A stretch of DNA of 51,555 nucleotides, counting the filler, from Diploschistes diacapsis (lineage: Eukaryota), in the NCBI GenBank assembly GCA_023645945.1. It is 3 parts of 3 records of this genome, joined end to end, with 100 filler letters (N's around TTAATTAATTAA, not from the genome) between each part and the next. Parts side by side here need not be neighbours in the genome. Positions count along the whole stretch, not along the records: positions 34,447 to 51,555 come from JALAIB010000469.1; 2 more parts are not named here. The stretch is one strand, 5' to 3'. Under the pieces are notes generated by a model that did not search any database, was not told the origin of the DNA, and was given only the letters and a program-made list of their open reading frames with translations. The translations under genes and the position numbers were made by a program. Of this stretch, positions 36,219 to 50,400 are shown piece after piece (within the stretch, counting starts at the first letter, position 1; each line of letters opens with the position of its first letter).

Positions 36219-39008
36219 ATGGATGTGAAAGAGGAAACTGAGGACAGGATCGAGGTTGTTCCTTCGACAGCAAGCGACTATGCCAGAGTTGCACAAGGGG
36301 GTCAAGATAGAGAAGAAGGCAGCTCAGTTTCAGAGGAGCAATGGCGAGCCATCAGATCTCTCCTTGAATACCTTTTGAATTACCGTATGGAGGAGTGAGA
36401 AACTATCTGTCCGGCTTCAACTGCTACGCCGCTAACGATGGGTAGCGGCCACGACCCGTCCAAGGTATTTCACAAGAGAGTCAATAAGCGCAACGTCCCT
36501 TCATACTACGATGTCATTAAGGAGCCCATGGCTTTCAGCAATCTGAAAGCGAGTCTTGCAAATCGAGAGTATAAGCGGTTTTCGGACTTCGTTAGGGAAT
36601 GCGCCTTGATCTGGCATAACGCGCATACGTACAACCGCCCAGACGCTGGGGCGTACCAGGATGCGCTAACGATGAAACGGTTGATGGAACAAGAGCTCCA
36701 GAAGCTGGTGGAGAAGAAAGTCATTGCTCAAGAAGACGCTGAGTGGCCGGATCTGGGCGAGATTCCTCCGGTTGAGGACATGCCGCCTGACGAAGACGAG
36801 GAAGAAGATGAAGAAGAGGATGAGGAGGAAGACGAGGAGGGAGAAGAGTCCGATGAAGAAGGCCAGAGGAAAAAGCGCAGAGGTCGGCGGTCAAGCGCGG
36901 TAGCTGTGAAAGGAACTGCCGAATTCCCAAAGAGACGTGGAAGACCTCCAAAGGTGGATACTCCTATGGAAGCTCGCATTAAGAGCATTCTCAAAGGTTT
37001 GCGGAAGGTACGAGACAAAGATGGCGTCCCACGAATTGTACAGTTCGAAAAGTTGCCAGATAAAGCCGCTATGCCCGAGTATTACCAAGAAATTAAGCGG
37101 CCCGTATCCGTAGAGCAATTAAAGGTAACAGTGCATCTCGTTCTCGCAGGTTTCCAAGTGCTGACTCTGCCTTTTAGAAATCTCTGAAGCGCAAACGTTA
37201 TAGTTCCGTAGATCACTTTATGGTGGAAGTGGAACTTATGTTTGAGAACGCCAAGCACTTCAACGAAGACGACAGCCAAATCTTTAAAGATGCCGTCGTG
37301 TTGTTGGAAGAGTCACGTCGTATCGCTGAGGTAGAGAAAAAACGTCCCGATTCCGATTTTGTTGCCGAGGAAGGTCGGAAACCAAGGCCCGCAGGGATCG
37401 AGTACGGTGGAGAAGTCTGGAAAGTTGGAGACTGGGTTCACATTCGCAATTCCAACGATATATCCAAGCCCATAATTGCTCAGATATACCGAACCTGGGA
37501 GGACGCGGATGGTCAGGAGTGGCTAAACGCTTGCTGGTATTACCGCCCCGAGCAGACGGTTCATCATTTCGAGAAACATTTTTGGCCTAACGAGGTAGTA
37601 AAGACTGGTCAGTACCGGGATCACAGAGTTGAGGAATTGATCGACCGCTGCTTTGTGATGTTCTACACAAGGTACACCAAAGGTCGACCTCGAGGCCTTC
37701 CATCAGAGCGTGAGGTCTACGTCTGCGAAGCAAGGTACAACGAAGAGAAACACAAGATCAATAAAATCAAGACTTGGGCTAGCTGTCTGCCGGACGAGGT
37801 TAGGGATCAAGACTACGAAATGGAGCAATTTGAAAATTACGTGCCCAAGAAAGTCAAGAAGATCCCAAGCCCACTCGTGAGCATGTTGAATGACAATACA
37901 CCTGATGCTTCGCACCCACCGCAACCGCGCTGGGGTGCGGAGAATGCCCCTCCTATCGTTGGCGGCATTTACAGAGGTCCTCGAGATGATAATGTATGTA
38001 TCTACAATTGGGTCTGTTTCCCTGCGTAATGCTAACAATTGCTATCAGCAATCTCCCCCTCCAGAGCCAACACCCGAACCACCCCCACAACCTGCACCTG
38101 CTCCAAAACAGGTGAACCGTACAACCAGTCAAGATCCACCGAGCCATTCTGCCCACTCTGGAATGGGCTATCCTTTGAGCAGCTTAGCCCGTCCTCCAGT
38201 TGCTATCACAGCATCACAACCTTCGATGACCGCTACTTCACTGCAGACGGGTTCTTCTCAATCCGCATCCCCTGGCCCGAAACAGATACAGCAGCAGCCG
38301 CTTCAGGCAGCCTTGAATTATTCAACCGCTACCCCTGCATTATCACAAACCCCGAGTTACAGTCAGTACGGGTCGTCGAAATATCCTCAACAGAGCAGCA
38401 GCCAACACACTGCATCTGTGCAACCGCTCCCGAACGGTCAACGTATGCCCGACGTCTTCTACCTACAAGCGGCCAACAATGCCATACCGGAAGATATTCG
38501 AAACGAGTTTCAGAGAGACGAGCAAGGTCGCGTCCTCTTCTTCACCAAACCACCCATCTCTGTACAACGACCGGAGAACGACGAGCCACCGGTGCAGCTC
38601 TCTACGAAAGCCAGAGCAGCTATAATACGACGACGATTAGAGAATGAAAAGGCAAAAGAGATTGTCCTTGTTGATCGGACGAAGGAGAGGCCGTCGAAGC
38701 GCAGGAAGCAGATGAATGAAGAACCCTCACACCCGCATCATCTTGCTACGGCGCTCGACGATTGGCGTAACTGGCTGAAGCAGTATCAGAGGGGCACGAA
38801 TGAAATCTGGAAGTTGAACTATGGCGAAGATTGGCAGAAAGTAGGGAGGGTGGAAATGGAGGCACTCAAAGCTCGACAGTTGGTCGCCAAGGCCCAGCGT
38901 GAGGTGCTCGAAGCAAAGGCACCCAGTGAGAAGAAGTTCAATGAGGAGACTCGCAAGATGTTCAAGGGACCGGCGGTCTACAAGGACGATGTCAACCCAC
39001 GTTATTGA
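36219..39008 (+). CDS. RSC1: RSC chromatin-remodelling subunit Rsc1/Rsc2 (two bromodomains, AT-hook, BAH)
   Basis: Bromodomain 1 (YYDVIKEPM..LIWHNAHTYN), AT-hook KRRGRPPK, bromodomain 2 (PEYYQEIKRP..MFENAKHFN), BAH (VGDWVHI..NACWYYRPEQTVH..YVCEARYNE), C-terminal FQRDEQGRVLFFTKPP. Introns 36395-36445, 37125-37177, 37994-38048. Confidence 0.93.
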
Positions 39009-39830
39009 TTGATTGCGCGGCTCGAATTGGTGGCGGCATTTTGCATGATTATGGTTTGTAAAGATACCCCCCAGCTTGCTTGCAAATATGTTTCCCCATT
39101 TAACCAGAATGGCCTTATTCAAATATTCCCATACTTGGCCTGGTCCCCTCAGCATGTGATGAAGGATATGTGACCATCATAGCGCTTTTACCGTATTGCC
39201 GGCACAAGCTGTGGAAATAGCTTTGGCAGTTGGACACGGTGCTTACAATGTAGATGAATATATCAGTAAGTGCGTAAGGACGGTCATAGAATCTGTACGA
39301 TCTTCCAATATCCCTTGTCCTACGTTTGGCTGCACCATGAATTTCTATTGAATTCATCTTCGGAATTCAAAGTTTGCTTGGGAGCTGTGATCCCATCAAG
39401 TGATTCGACTCAGCAAGTTGGGCATTGTGAATGGACAATGGGATACTTCCGTACATTTCTCTGGATCTTTAATATGATCTCGAATTAAGCCTATTTCCTC
39501 ACCGTACCTTTCGGGCATCATGTTATCCTCGAAATGGAAATGGAAACGGAGATACTTCCTAAAGTTTGTGATGATGCAGCTCTGACATCGTTATTCTCCA
39601 ATTGCCCGATTCGCGACAGATCCCCCAAGGAACCTGGATCGCAACGGACTTGAAGGAGATACTAGATGTCGACTTGAGAATAGCGGAGGCTTATTCATTC
39701 GAACCATCTTACAGCTCACCATCTTCATAATGTCCACTCGACTTCATGCCCATCTCTTCCTCCACCAACCCAACCCCGTGAGCCCGGCAAGCTTACTTCT
39801 CGAGCCATCCACCCTTTCTCGAACCTCTCA

Positions 39831-40719
39831 ATGTCTTCCCTAAGTTCCCTCCAGGTCGCTTCATACGCTACGGGCTTTATCTCCTTCGGCTTCACCTTCT
39901 TGACTCTCCTGCGCTTGACCTGGAACAACCTCCAAGCCCTCGTCGAAGCCCCCTCAGACATCAAGTACGCCTTTGCGAACCTGCGTTCCGCCCTGCACGA
40001 GGAGCGCAAGCACCTACGCCGCATGTCCCGCTACCGGCACCGGCGGCGCTCTCACAGCGGGCGCAGGCATAGCCACAACAAGAACGACCCTGTGGAGCAG
40101 GCCAAAGTGTACCTTGACTCTGGCGATGGGGTCGCACAGTGGAGGGTCATCAACGACACGGTGAAGAAGTTGTGCAGGCAGTTTCAGGATATCGAGAAGC
40201 CGTTCCTGACGGATGCGGCGTCGAACAGCATGACGGGGTTTGATGCGGAGAAGGAGGACGGGTGGAGAGAGGACGAGAAGGAGTATGTGGTTGAGGGGTA
40301 TCTAAACGACTATAGCGACATGACGCTCTACCATCGGTTTTTGTGGCTGTGGAAGAAGGGGCAGGTGTGCAGCATCAGGGATTCGCTTGCGAGAGTGCAG
40401 ATCAGGAGAATGGCGCAGGAGGTGACGGCTACGTGGCTGTAAGTTTTTAAGCCCCAAAGCACTTGGACAAGGCGGTATAATTACTTTGAGCGTACTTCCT
40501 CCTATGACGCGACGATGACCGCTAATTTGACGCAGGAGGCTTGCCGCCCTCGAAGGAGGTCTCAGGGACCTCAGGCTCATTCCTGGGCCTCAGGGTACAG
40601 GCAGTGATGCAACAGATAAGTATGAGGCCGATGTGGATAACAGAGACGGGTACGATAGGAACGGGAACACCAAAGACCGGACCGAGAGAGTGCATGTCAG
40701 GCGAAGCTACCAGGATTGA
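39831..40719 (+). CDS. Hypothetical fungal protein with N-terminal TM helix
   Basis: ASYATGFISFGFTFLTLLRLTW hydrophobic segment, coiled-coil/basic region, GC3-biased codons; intron 40439-40536 (GTAAGT..GCTAAT..CAG) continues the frame to TGA 40717-40719. Confidence 0.75.
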
Positions 40720-41602
40720 TTGCTCTACGGTCTTACAACCTAGAAGCGCCAGTCACAGATGATATGCATTCACTGAATTCCAATGTCAAGCCCGAGGATA
40801 CTGCTCCAGTATCAACGAGAATGTTCGCAGCGATGCCGATATGGTCGTTGAAGACGTCACTGTCATCCGTAAAGAGATGACCAAGGAACATGACAAGCCC
40901 AAGCAGGCCTGCTACCATGGACCAGCGTGGGCACTGGACCTACCTAGATAGGCACTGGATTGGGTGAAGCCAGGTAATGACAGGGAGCTGGAATGGAAGA
41001 GTACTGCTTCCTAGTTTCGCTGGAAATAGGCAGGTGCGTATGTAAGTGGAGTCATATAGTGAGATATATGATCCCCTTGGCGGTCTCAAGTATGAGTATG
41101 ACTAGTAGCTAATGCTATTCCCACCAGCTTCAACTTGATTTTCGTATGAAGCTACTAGTATTTCGTAGTAGAGGCGTAGCGCTAGTACCTTGGACATCGC
41201 TGATGGTTTGCAATCGCGGTTAAAGATTAAAGAGCAGCGCCGACTCGCCGAGCTTCCGATGCGGCTCTGAGCACGGACCATGAACCAGCGTGTCTGTGTC
41301 TCTGTGTGCTCTTCTTGAACTTCTAACTTCTTCGAAGAACTGAACATTTTGAACCCTAACCGCCCCCCTTGCACGAACTGAACCTAAGGCTACGCATAGA
41401 CCCCGATGAAAACGACGCTGTTAAGAAGTGAGATAGTCATTGGAAGATTCTGCTCAAGTGCATCCTTGTTCAAGAGGTTAATCATCGCACCTCTTTGTTC
41501 ATCGCACGCCTGTGTTGCCCGCAGCTTTTAAAGCTTTTCGAAGCGCTGCACTCTCATTGAATTCATCATCTCCGTGGGGACAACAATCGCGCTACTTTAA
41601 AT

Positions 41603-43733
41603 ATGGCAGATCTTGACGCTGAGCTATTGGCTCTGGCAGGAGAAGACTCGTCGGATGATGAGAGGCCAAGGCAAAGAACGCAGGAAGGCGCATCGGGCGG
41701 AGAGAGAGATGGTTCACCGGACGATGATGCGGATAGAATAGCAACAACTCCTAGAAGAGCAAAACGAGCGCCGCCTAGAAGGACTGCGAGGCGGGCAGGG
41801 TCTGATGAAGATGGTGAAGCGTAAGCTTGGGCACCTACCTAACAGTTCATTGACTTCATCCCGTCCCATTTATCACTTTGTTTGAACTCACCTTATTGAA
41901 CAATACAAGAGACCCCACTTCCGTTTCGACCCTTCTATCTCACCATACCTCCTCCAGCCATCTCTATTCTGACAATAGTAATGTCTAGGTCATCTGTTTC
42001 AGATAATGAACCCGTTCCAATGGACGAATCCGAGGATGAGAGGCTTTCTCTTGCAGGCGATACGTCTGATACGATCTTTCCTGTCGACAACAAATTCTAC
42101 AGCGAACAAGACAAGACCGAGATTCTCGCAAAGCCCGAAGTCGAACGTGAAGAAATTCTGGCAGAACGTGCTCAAATACTTGAACGGAAGCGCCAGGACA
42201 ACCAGTTACGACGATTATACAAATCTAACAAACAGGATGGCACGATGCCCGTAAGGAAGCGTGCGGCCGACTCTGCAGGTATAGAAGGCGGCGAACGCAA
42301 GAGCACGCGCCAGCGAAAGAACCTAGGAGGCCGCAACGTGGGAGAAGTTTCCTCTTCGCTCGAGGCATACAGAGAACAACGCGCAAAGAGGGGTGAGAGA
42401 AAGGCCGCAGCACCAGATGCGCGGAAGGCTAGACGCAGCGAATCCGCATCCGACCCTGATGCCGACGGAGAGAGCGAGGTTGAATGGGATTCCGGTAAGG
42501 TCAAGCAAGACTCAACGTCTCAGTTTGAAGAGCCACCCAACCTCAAAGACTTTGATCGTCTCCGAGTCGGTCGTTTCGACCTTGCGCAGTACTGCTTCTA
42601 CCCTACTTTTGAGCCTACCGTCAAGAACTGCTATGTCCGCGTTTCTGTGGCCCCAGAGAAGGATGGCACTATGAACTACCGAATGGCCAAGATCGAAGGT
42701 AAGAACCGTCATTTCCGGCTCAAGGACAATCTTTGACTGTTGGTCAGGTATCAGATCGGGTGGACAGCCCTATGCCGCCGAGAAGAAGCAGGGCGCACCT
42801 TTCAAATGTGACAAATATGTCATCGCCTCTGTAGGCAAGAACAAACGCGAATATCCATTCATCTTCTGCTCCACCGGCCACCTTAGCGAGCGCGAACTCG
42901 CCCAGTACAAGAGCGTCTGCGCAAACGAGCAAGTTGCCATGCCAAAAAAATCCTGGATGGCAGCCAAATGCGACGAGATCGACAAAATGTGCAACTACTC
43001 CTTCACCGCACAGGAGCTCAACGAGAAGCTCAAAGCTGCCGGCGTTGAGGAAGAACGCGAGAAGCGCCGGGAGAAGATCATCCTGATCGGCAAGCGCAAC
43101 GACGCCGAGCGCGAAGGCAACAAAGACGCCATGGCCGTGATCGACGCGCAGATCCGCGAGCTCGAAGGCCCGACGAAGCTCGCCTTCGGCACCTCCCTGT
43201 ACAAGGCCCCGCCGCCCAAGACGAAGAAGAGCGAAGGCGAGCGCCTGGCGGAGATCAACCGCGCGAACCGCAAGGCCAACACGGAGAACGTACGCCGGGC
43301 GCAGATCGCGGAGCGCAAGGCGGCGGCCGAGCATCGGGCCAAAGTGGAGCGCGGCGAAGCGACTGTCGATCCGTTCGCGCGCGTCAAGATCCTGCCGAAG
43401 ATGCACTTCGACGTGCGCGCCGCGGCGGCGGGCAAGGCGCAGGGCCCGATGACCGAGGCGGAGATCGCGAGGCGCATGGCAGAGGAGAAGGAGCGGGAGG
43501 ACGCCGCGGAGCGCGAGCGGAACAAGATCCCCGAGAAGCTAGAGCGGATGATGAGCGGCGAGGCGGAGCCGGAGCCAGGGAAGATCGACTTTCGGAAATG
43601 GGATATCATGTGGCAGTTTGGGCGGCTGAGCCGGAAGAAGGGCGGGAGGGAGAGCGTTTACGGGCGGAAGTTGTTCGATATGGAGGTCATTGGGAGCTAC
43701 GATGTTGGGGTGAAGGTGGATCTGGACTTTTGA
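41603..43733 (+). CDS. RTF1: Paf1 complex subunit Rtf1 (HMD and Plus-3 domains)
   Basis: MADLDAELLALAG start; PEVEREEILAER (histone modification domain); Plus-3 FYPTFEPTVKNCYVRVSV..YRMAKIE; RLAEINRANRKANTENVRRAQ; DPFARVK. Introns 41821-41988 and 42699-42747. Confidence 0.93.
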
Positions 43734-44842
43734 GAGCCTCGGGACGTTGTAAGAGCGAGCGAGCGAAGCGGAGAGATTGGTTGACGGTGCGTGCTTTGTC
43801 CGCTAGCAAAGGGGAGGGGAGCGAATATTCGGCGAAAGGGGAAAAGAAAGGAAGCCACGGCGGTGTACTCTGCATACGGTTGGTTGGTGGGTCGGTCGGT
43901 GGTTTGGCATGTCACGTCACGTCACGCAACGCATCGGGTTGGTAGGTTTCGGCTTGGAGGGAGGGAACTGCCGCTTTTGGGGAGGGGGGCGCCAGACGAC
44001 GCTCGAGGGCATGCTTGTCTGGAGGCTCTCCTCGACTCCCCTTTGGGGCCGGTTGCTTCGCATAACCATTTGCTTTGATTCCGTCCAGCGTCAGAGAAAC
44101 CCCGTCTACAACAAACCCCTATGTTCGTATCCGCGCCCCCCCCCCCCGGTTATTGCCCCGGTCACGGGGTGTTGCATGATCATCCGGAAAGCATCAACAG
44201 GAGAGGAAGGAAGTATGAAACTTCCACAAAACAAGCACATGTCAAGGGGGGGGATACGGGGGCACCAGCCATGCTTCCAAGTCCATGGCATTCAATTCAT
44301 CCCCGCATGCATGCATTCAACTCCCCCTAGAGTGAAATATCTATCCAGCCGTTACCTATCTGCCTGCCTGCCTGTCTGCCTACCTATGAACGGAACTCGT
44401 CTCCATCCTATCTTTTTTACATAACCAAGCTTGCGCGTATGACACGTCTTGCACTCCTTACTCCGCCTCTCGCTTCTCCGCGCTGCTGGCTACGCGCTCA
44501 TGGTTGAGGATCGATCGCATGGCTCTGTCCCATCCGTGTGCCCCCGAGGTGCGCCGCCATCCTTGGCGCGGCCATAAGTGAGTAGATGTTTGGAGAAGGG
44601 GAAGCCAAAATGGAAAGAAAAAAAAAGGCATAAAGTTGGCGGCCAAGAATATGGACATCGAAGGAAGTGAAACCCTCAACGCCTCGGAATGCATGCTGAT
44701 TTTTGGTGATAAGATTTGGGGACGAGAGAGACGCAGGCGGGTTTCCTAACCTAGCGCCTAGAATAACCACACATAAAGTTTTTTCTAGTGATGTGGAGGA
44801 GGGTAACCGATGATGACGACGGAGGAGAGTTTGTTGCGCTTC

Positions 44843-46521
44843 TCAAATCATCTGCCCCTCCTGTCCATGGTTGTACATCTGTCTCCTTGGCAGACCTTCC
44901 CTGCCCGGCGGATGCGGTAGTGGCCCTCCTGGCGGCGGCGCAGGCCGAATCGGCATGACGGTCTGGTGTATGTAGTTCTGGCTGTCCCTCGTTGGAAGCT
45001 TACTGCTCGCACTCGACGTGCGCGGTGGGTATCCTGGTCTCTCTGCCGCAAAGCTATTGTGGTGACTGGCCCCGTTAACGTCCGCAGACATGACTCGGCG
45101 CACCGACTGCTCTGGCACAAATGTGGCAGACGAGGCGGCGGAGGCTTGCGTGCTCGCACTTGCGGCAATAGGAATATCGCCGGACGTGGGAGTTTTGGAA
45201 TTCGAGGCGTCTCTGTTAGGAGAATGACGGCCGCTGAACGGGCCTTCACTGCGGAGGAGAGCTTGGGTTGTGGGGGAGAGGGGAGCTTGCAGGTGGGATT
45301 TGCGGTTTGCCTTCTGCATCATTTCGACGGCCCAGGCTTCGAGGTCGACGGGCGTGCGCTTGGCGGCCTGGATAAAAGCGTCGTGATCCTGTATGGTTTT
45401 TAGATTGCTGCTGGAAAGACTTTAACGGGGCAGCTTACAAATAGCTGCCTCGGCGTTGGCCGCATCTCAGCATCTCGGCTGAGGCAAGCCTGTATCATCT
45501 CATCTAATATAAGTGGGAAGGCTGAGCTCCTCGGTAGCCTTGGCGGCTCTTCGTGAACGATCTGCTGCAGTAAATCCAAAATACCACCCATTCCAGGCTC
45601 TCGATCACCGGCAGTCTCGCTCGCGTCGAACGGAAACCGGCCAATCGCCAGCTCCATGACCATGAGCCCCATACTCCAGACATCAGACTTGACCGTGTAT
45701 TTCGCACCCTGGATTCTCTCAGGGGCCATGTATGTGGATGTTCCGACAAAGGTGTCGGCGATGGAGTTCACCAGCTCTCCAGACACACCGAAATCGCATA
45801 GCTTAATGGCGCCTTTCGAGTTGACTAGTACGTTCGACGGCTTGATGTCGCGATGCATGATGCGGTGCGATTCGTATAGGTAGATTAAGCCGCTCAATAC
45901 AGCGACCGTTATCTTTCCGAGAACATCGACGCGAACGGGGCCAAAGTCTTTGGAGATCCGATCAAGCGATCTATCGGAGGCTGTCAGCGTCCCTAACTCT
46001 CGTAAAAGGCTGCCACTATTACCCGGCATCCATATATTCCATGCACATGATAACGTCCCCGGCATCGTTGAGGAACGCCCCGTAGAAGGTGACAATATGT
46101 GCTGAGCTGCAATCCTTCATGATATGTAGTTCTCGTACAATGTTCTTCCGTACAGCTTCTTTGGCTTCCACGTGGATCACCTGAGCGTAGAGCATTAGCG
46201 AGCGCGGGCGTAAAGTGAAAGAAGAACCCTCACTTTTCGGGCCATAATGATCTTTGTGGCCGGATACATGACCTTGCTAACAGTACCGCCATTGCCGGCT
46301 CCCAGCTCTCTGAGAACCACCATGTCGTCTGTCTTCAAGTCGAGCTGAAATTCCACGCCAATCTCCAAGGTATCGAGTTGTGAGTTCGTCTGATTCCCTA
46401 GTGCACCAGGTATTTGTGCATCGCCGGCTGAAGGCTCGGGTGACTTGGGTGAAGGCCCACTCAAAACTAAGCCCTTCATGTTCTTCCTCTTCATTGTCTT
46501 GGTCTTGAAGTTGTCCGACAT
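44843..46521 (-). CDS. STE7: MAP kinase kinase Ste7/Mek2 (pheromone-response MAPK pathway)
   Basis: Docking motif MKRKNMKGLVL; LGAGNGGTV; HRDIKPSN; DFGVSGELVNSIADTFVGTSTYMAPERIQG; GILDLLQQIVHE. Introns 46233-46181, 46022-45971, 45438-45389. Confidence 0.96.
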
Positions 46522-47408
46522 GTTAGTAGTAGCGCCGGGTATCCGACGGCTTGGGTTTGGAGGTCAGTATTTGAAGAAAGAATATATCGACGGCGTGATC
46601 CGAGCAAGAGCCTCGAAGTGATGCAATTTCTGAGTCAAGCCTAAGAGTCGAGCAGCGACTGCGGATTGTCGATCATCGAAGAAAAGGGGTCGGCAGCACG
46701 TGGCATGGGTCTGACCGGGGGGGATCGATAACGTTGGGGTGGTTGGCCGAGGAAGAGAAAAGTTTCTGTACGAGACTGCGGCATGGGTAAAGGAGAAGCA
46801 AGCAGAGGCAGTGATTAAAGTCCTATCACGACTGTATTGTCAAGCATCTGCCCCTCCTGCATGCACAGCCAATTGATCACTATGGGTATCTATATATAGG
46901 AAGATGCGGAGGAAGAGAGAGACAAGAGACTGGGCTGGCGGCCCATAGATTTGTAGGGGGGACAATAGCGGATCAATAGGAAGACCACAAGAGCCCCCGG
47001 TCGCCTTTCCAGCCAGTCCAGTTCAGTCCAGTTGTACCTGTACCCGCCGGGGCACCTAAGGCTGACGCTAGCTTGCTGTTTGCTAACAATAGATAACTTA
47101 CAGTATCATGTATCATTCTGTAATGTTTCCCTTTCCCCCCTTACTTACCCGCCCGGATATACTTGTCTCCGTACCTCCATCCGCCTTTTGCACTTTTGTG
47201 GCGCGAGTTTAAAGACAAAGTATGCGCTAACCTCTTTGGATTGAAGCTGTGGCTGAATCTTTTCACTATCTACTGGTACAAAGAAAGTCTGAGGAGTTCA
47301 ATAGCACTCCGAACGCCTACGGCATCTTCGTCACTACGTAACTTCGCGTGTTCCACATCGTCGAGTCGCTGCTTCCTTTAATCACGTACTCTCAGCTCAC
47401 CCGTCACT

Positions 47409-50400
47409 ATGAGCCATCTTCGCGAATTTATCCAGGGAGAGGCCGAATTAGGCACGGAGTCTGATGATGAGGACTTCGACGAAGACACTGGGGAGTCACG
47501 GCCAAAGAAAAACGGTACTCGTCGAAACTTCGAAGACTCGAGCGAGGAGGAAGAAGAGGACGACGAAGAAGAGGCTGAGAGGGTAGGCAAAACTCTGGTT
47601 TCTGACCCCGCAGAATTCTGACCCGACCGTAGATAAGAGCGGACTTTATCGTCGAAGATGAGGAGGAGCCCGAGGAGCGAGAGCGCAGGCGCAAGGAAAG
47701 GAAGAAAAGACGCCGGGAGGAGCGGGAGGAAGAGGAGGCAAATTTGGACGAGGAAGACCTGGACCTCATTGGCGAAGCCAACCCGGGCCTCGCTCGTCGC
47801 GTACAAACAGAGGTATGTGCTACATGCGCTGCGCCTACGCACGCCCTGACGGTCGTTGCAGCCCAAGTTCAAGCGTCTGAAAAGAGGTCACAAGGAAGAA
47901 CGCGAGGAACGAGTCGGACGTGGGACGGCGGCCTTATTTGACTCGGATGAAGAGGAAGAACCTGTTGTGGACCGTCGCGCGGCTCGCGAAGACGAATTCG
48001 ACGACTTCATCGAAGAAGATTTCCCCGAAGAGGAGGGCAGAGGACCTGGAGAAGACGATGACGCCGAGGTCAGCCGAATGGTAGGCAGAGGCCTTGGAGC
48101 CATAAAGGATACCATTGGTCTGGATGAAGGCGCTCTCGAAGATTTCAGGGAAGCGTTTGGCGACGGTGCGGAATACGATTGGGCACTGGCCATGGAGGAA
48201 CAGGAGGAGGATAACTCAAGGGGCATCACCGCAGACGGCGGGGCTTTGAGCAAACCCATCGAACTCAAGGATGTCTTTGAGCCCTCACAACTCGCCGAAA
48301 AAATGTTGACGGAGAAGGACAATACCATACGCACGACCGACGAGCCCGAAAGATTCCAGGTGGCACGAGCCCCGTACAAAGGCCTTTTCTTCACAGAGGA
48401 GCAGGTAAAGGAGGAACCGATATGGATTTCCGATCAAATGCTATTGAAACGCACCCTGCCGGACGACCTTCGCGAGCCCTTCCAAAAGGCCGTCGCAAAG
48501 GTCCTAGAGTTTTTCAACACAGACGAATTCGAGGTACCCTTTATATTCCAGCACCGCAAGGACTACCTTATACATGCCACTCGTGTGCGCACTGACCTCA
48601 ACTTGGACAATCCCAGCACCGTGGACTACGAGATCAATGCAGAAAAGCTGCTCAACCAATCTGATTTGTGGGATATCTTCGACTGGGATCTTAAATTCAG
48701 GGCACTCATCGAAAAACGTAACTCGCTGCAGAAGACATATGACAACCTGAAGAGTGCGTCAAATGCCAAAGATTTGATACTTGACGAGATGCTAGGGTCG
48801 GCCGCCAACATGGAAGAACTCCAAGACGCCCAAGATTATCTGTATTTCCAGTATTCTTCACACATATCAGACATGAGTTTGGTCAACGGTGCCACAACAA
48901 ATGGGACACATCGAAGACCTGGTGCGTCGAAGATGCTTTTCGAAAGGATCCGGAGTAGCAAGGTTTACAACCTTGTCAAAGCTTTTGGTATTACAGCCGA
49001 CGATTTTGCACAGAACGCCTCGAAAAAAGAAGGGCGTCGACAATATACTGAAGACCCAGCGGAGCGTCCTGATAGGATGGCGGAGAGCGAGGATGTTTTG
49101 GATCCTCCCGAATACTCTTCTGGAGCTCAGTGTCTAAGAGCTGCTCGGGCCATGTTCGCTGAAGAGCTCTTTACAAGTCCCAGATTGAGAAAAGTCTTGC
49201 GCGGGGTGTACTACTCAAGTGGCATTATTGACTGCAGCAGGACGGAAAAGGGCCTGCGGAAGATTGACGAGCAACATCCGTACTACGAGTTCAAATACCT
49301 TCGCAACCAGCAGATGCACGACATTGCCCACCGACCTGGCGTGTTTTTGCGCATGCTGAAGGCAGAAGAAGAAGGTCTGATCGAGGTTCGCGTGCGTTTA
49401 CAAGACTATGAAGGTTTCAGAAAGTCCCTAATCTCGGATCTGGAATCTGATAATTTCAGCGAGGTGGCAGACGGATGGAATAAGGAACGACGTGATGCCC
49501 TCGACTTGGCGCTCGCCAAATTACAAAAGATTATGTCCAAAGGCTTAAAGGAAAACCTCAAAGCCATGTGTGAAAGCGAGATTACCGCTAACTGCAGAGA
49601 AAATTTCCTAGCTCGTCTAGACCAGGCACCTTACAAGCCAAAAGGAATGGTCCTCGGAACCGTACCTCGTGTCCTTGCTTTTTCGAACGGCTCAGGGAAC
49701 GTGGGCCGCGAGCCGACATACTGGGTTTTCGTCGAGGACGACGGCCGAGTCTTGGAAAATGGTAATTTCACAGAGCTACAGCTGGGAGACCCAGATCGAA
49801 ACACGAAGGACGGCGCAGACGTTGGAAGATTCTGCGAGCTTATTGCACGGAGAAAACCCGATGTTGTATCTGTATCTGGGTTCTCCGTGGATACCAAGAG
49901 ACTTGCTCACCTGCTGGAAGAGCTTGTCTTTAAGAATAATTTGAGAACGGCCGACTACGAAGATGAAGACGGCCGGGACGTCAATGACAAGCTTGAAGTT
50001 ATCATCACGAACGACGAGGTGGCGCGGTTGTATCAGACGAGCCCACGTGCCGACTCGGAATATCCGAGGTTCACGCCTCTGACGAGGTACTGCGTTGCAC
50101 TTGCAAGATATCTGCAAAATCCTATGAAGGAGTACGCATCGTTAGGTCGTGATCTAGGCTCGATCGCTTTCGATCCGTTTCAGAGCTACGTCTCCCAAGA
50201 GAAGATACTCAAGGTTCTTGAGACAGCCTTGGTAGACATGGTCAATCTAGTTGGTGTTGATATCAACGATGCTGTTAGTGACTTAAGGACTGCTAATCTT
50301 CTGCCTTTCGTTTCCGGTCTGGGCCCGAGAAAAGCTCAGTACCTACTCAAGGTGATTAATCGGAATGGCGGTACAGTGAGCACAAGGGCAGAATTAGTGG

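Noticed and set aside
42744..43609. Long antisense ORFs (220 and 204 aa) over RTF1, and similar ones over the sedolisin, BNA6 and SPT6
   Set aside because: Shadow ORFs caused by high GC3 on the coding strand.
43911..43926. (GTCAC)3 and nearby short repeats and homopolymers between RTF1 and STE7
   Set aside because: Ordinary low-complexity 3' UTR/terminator sequence.
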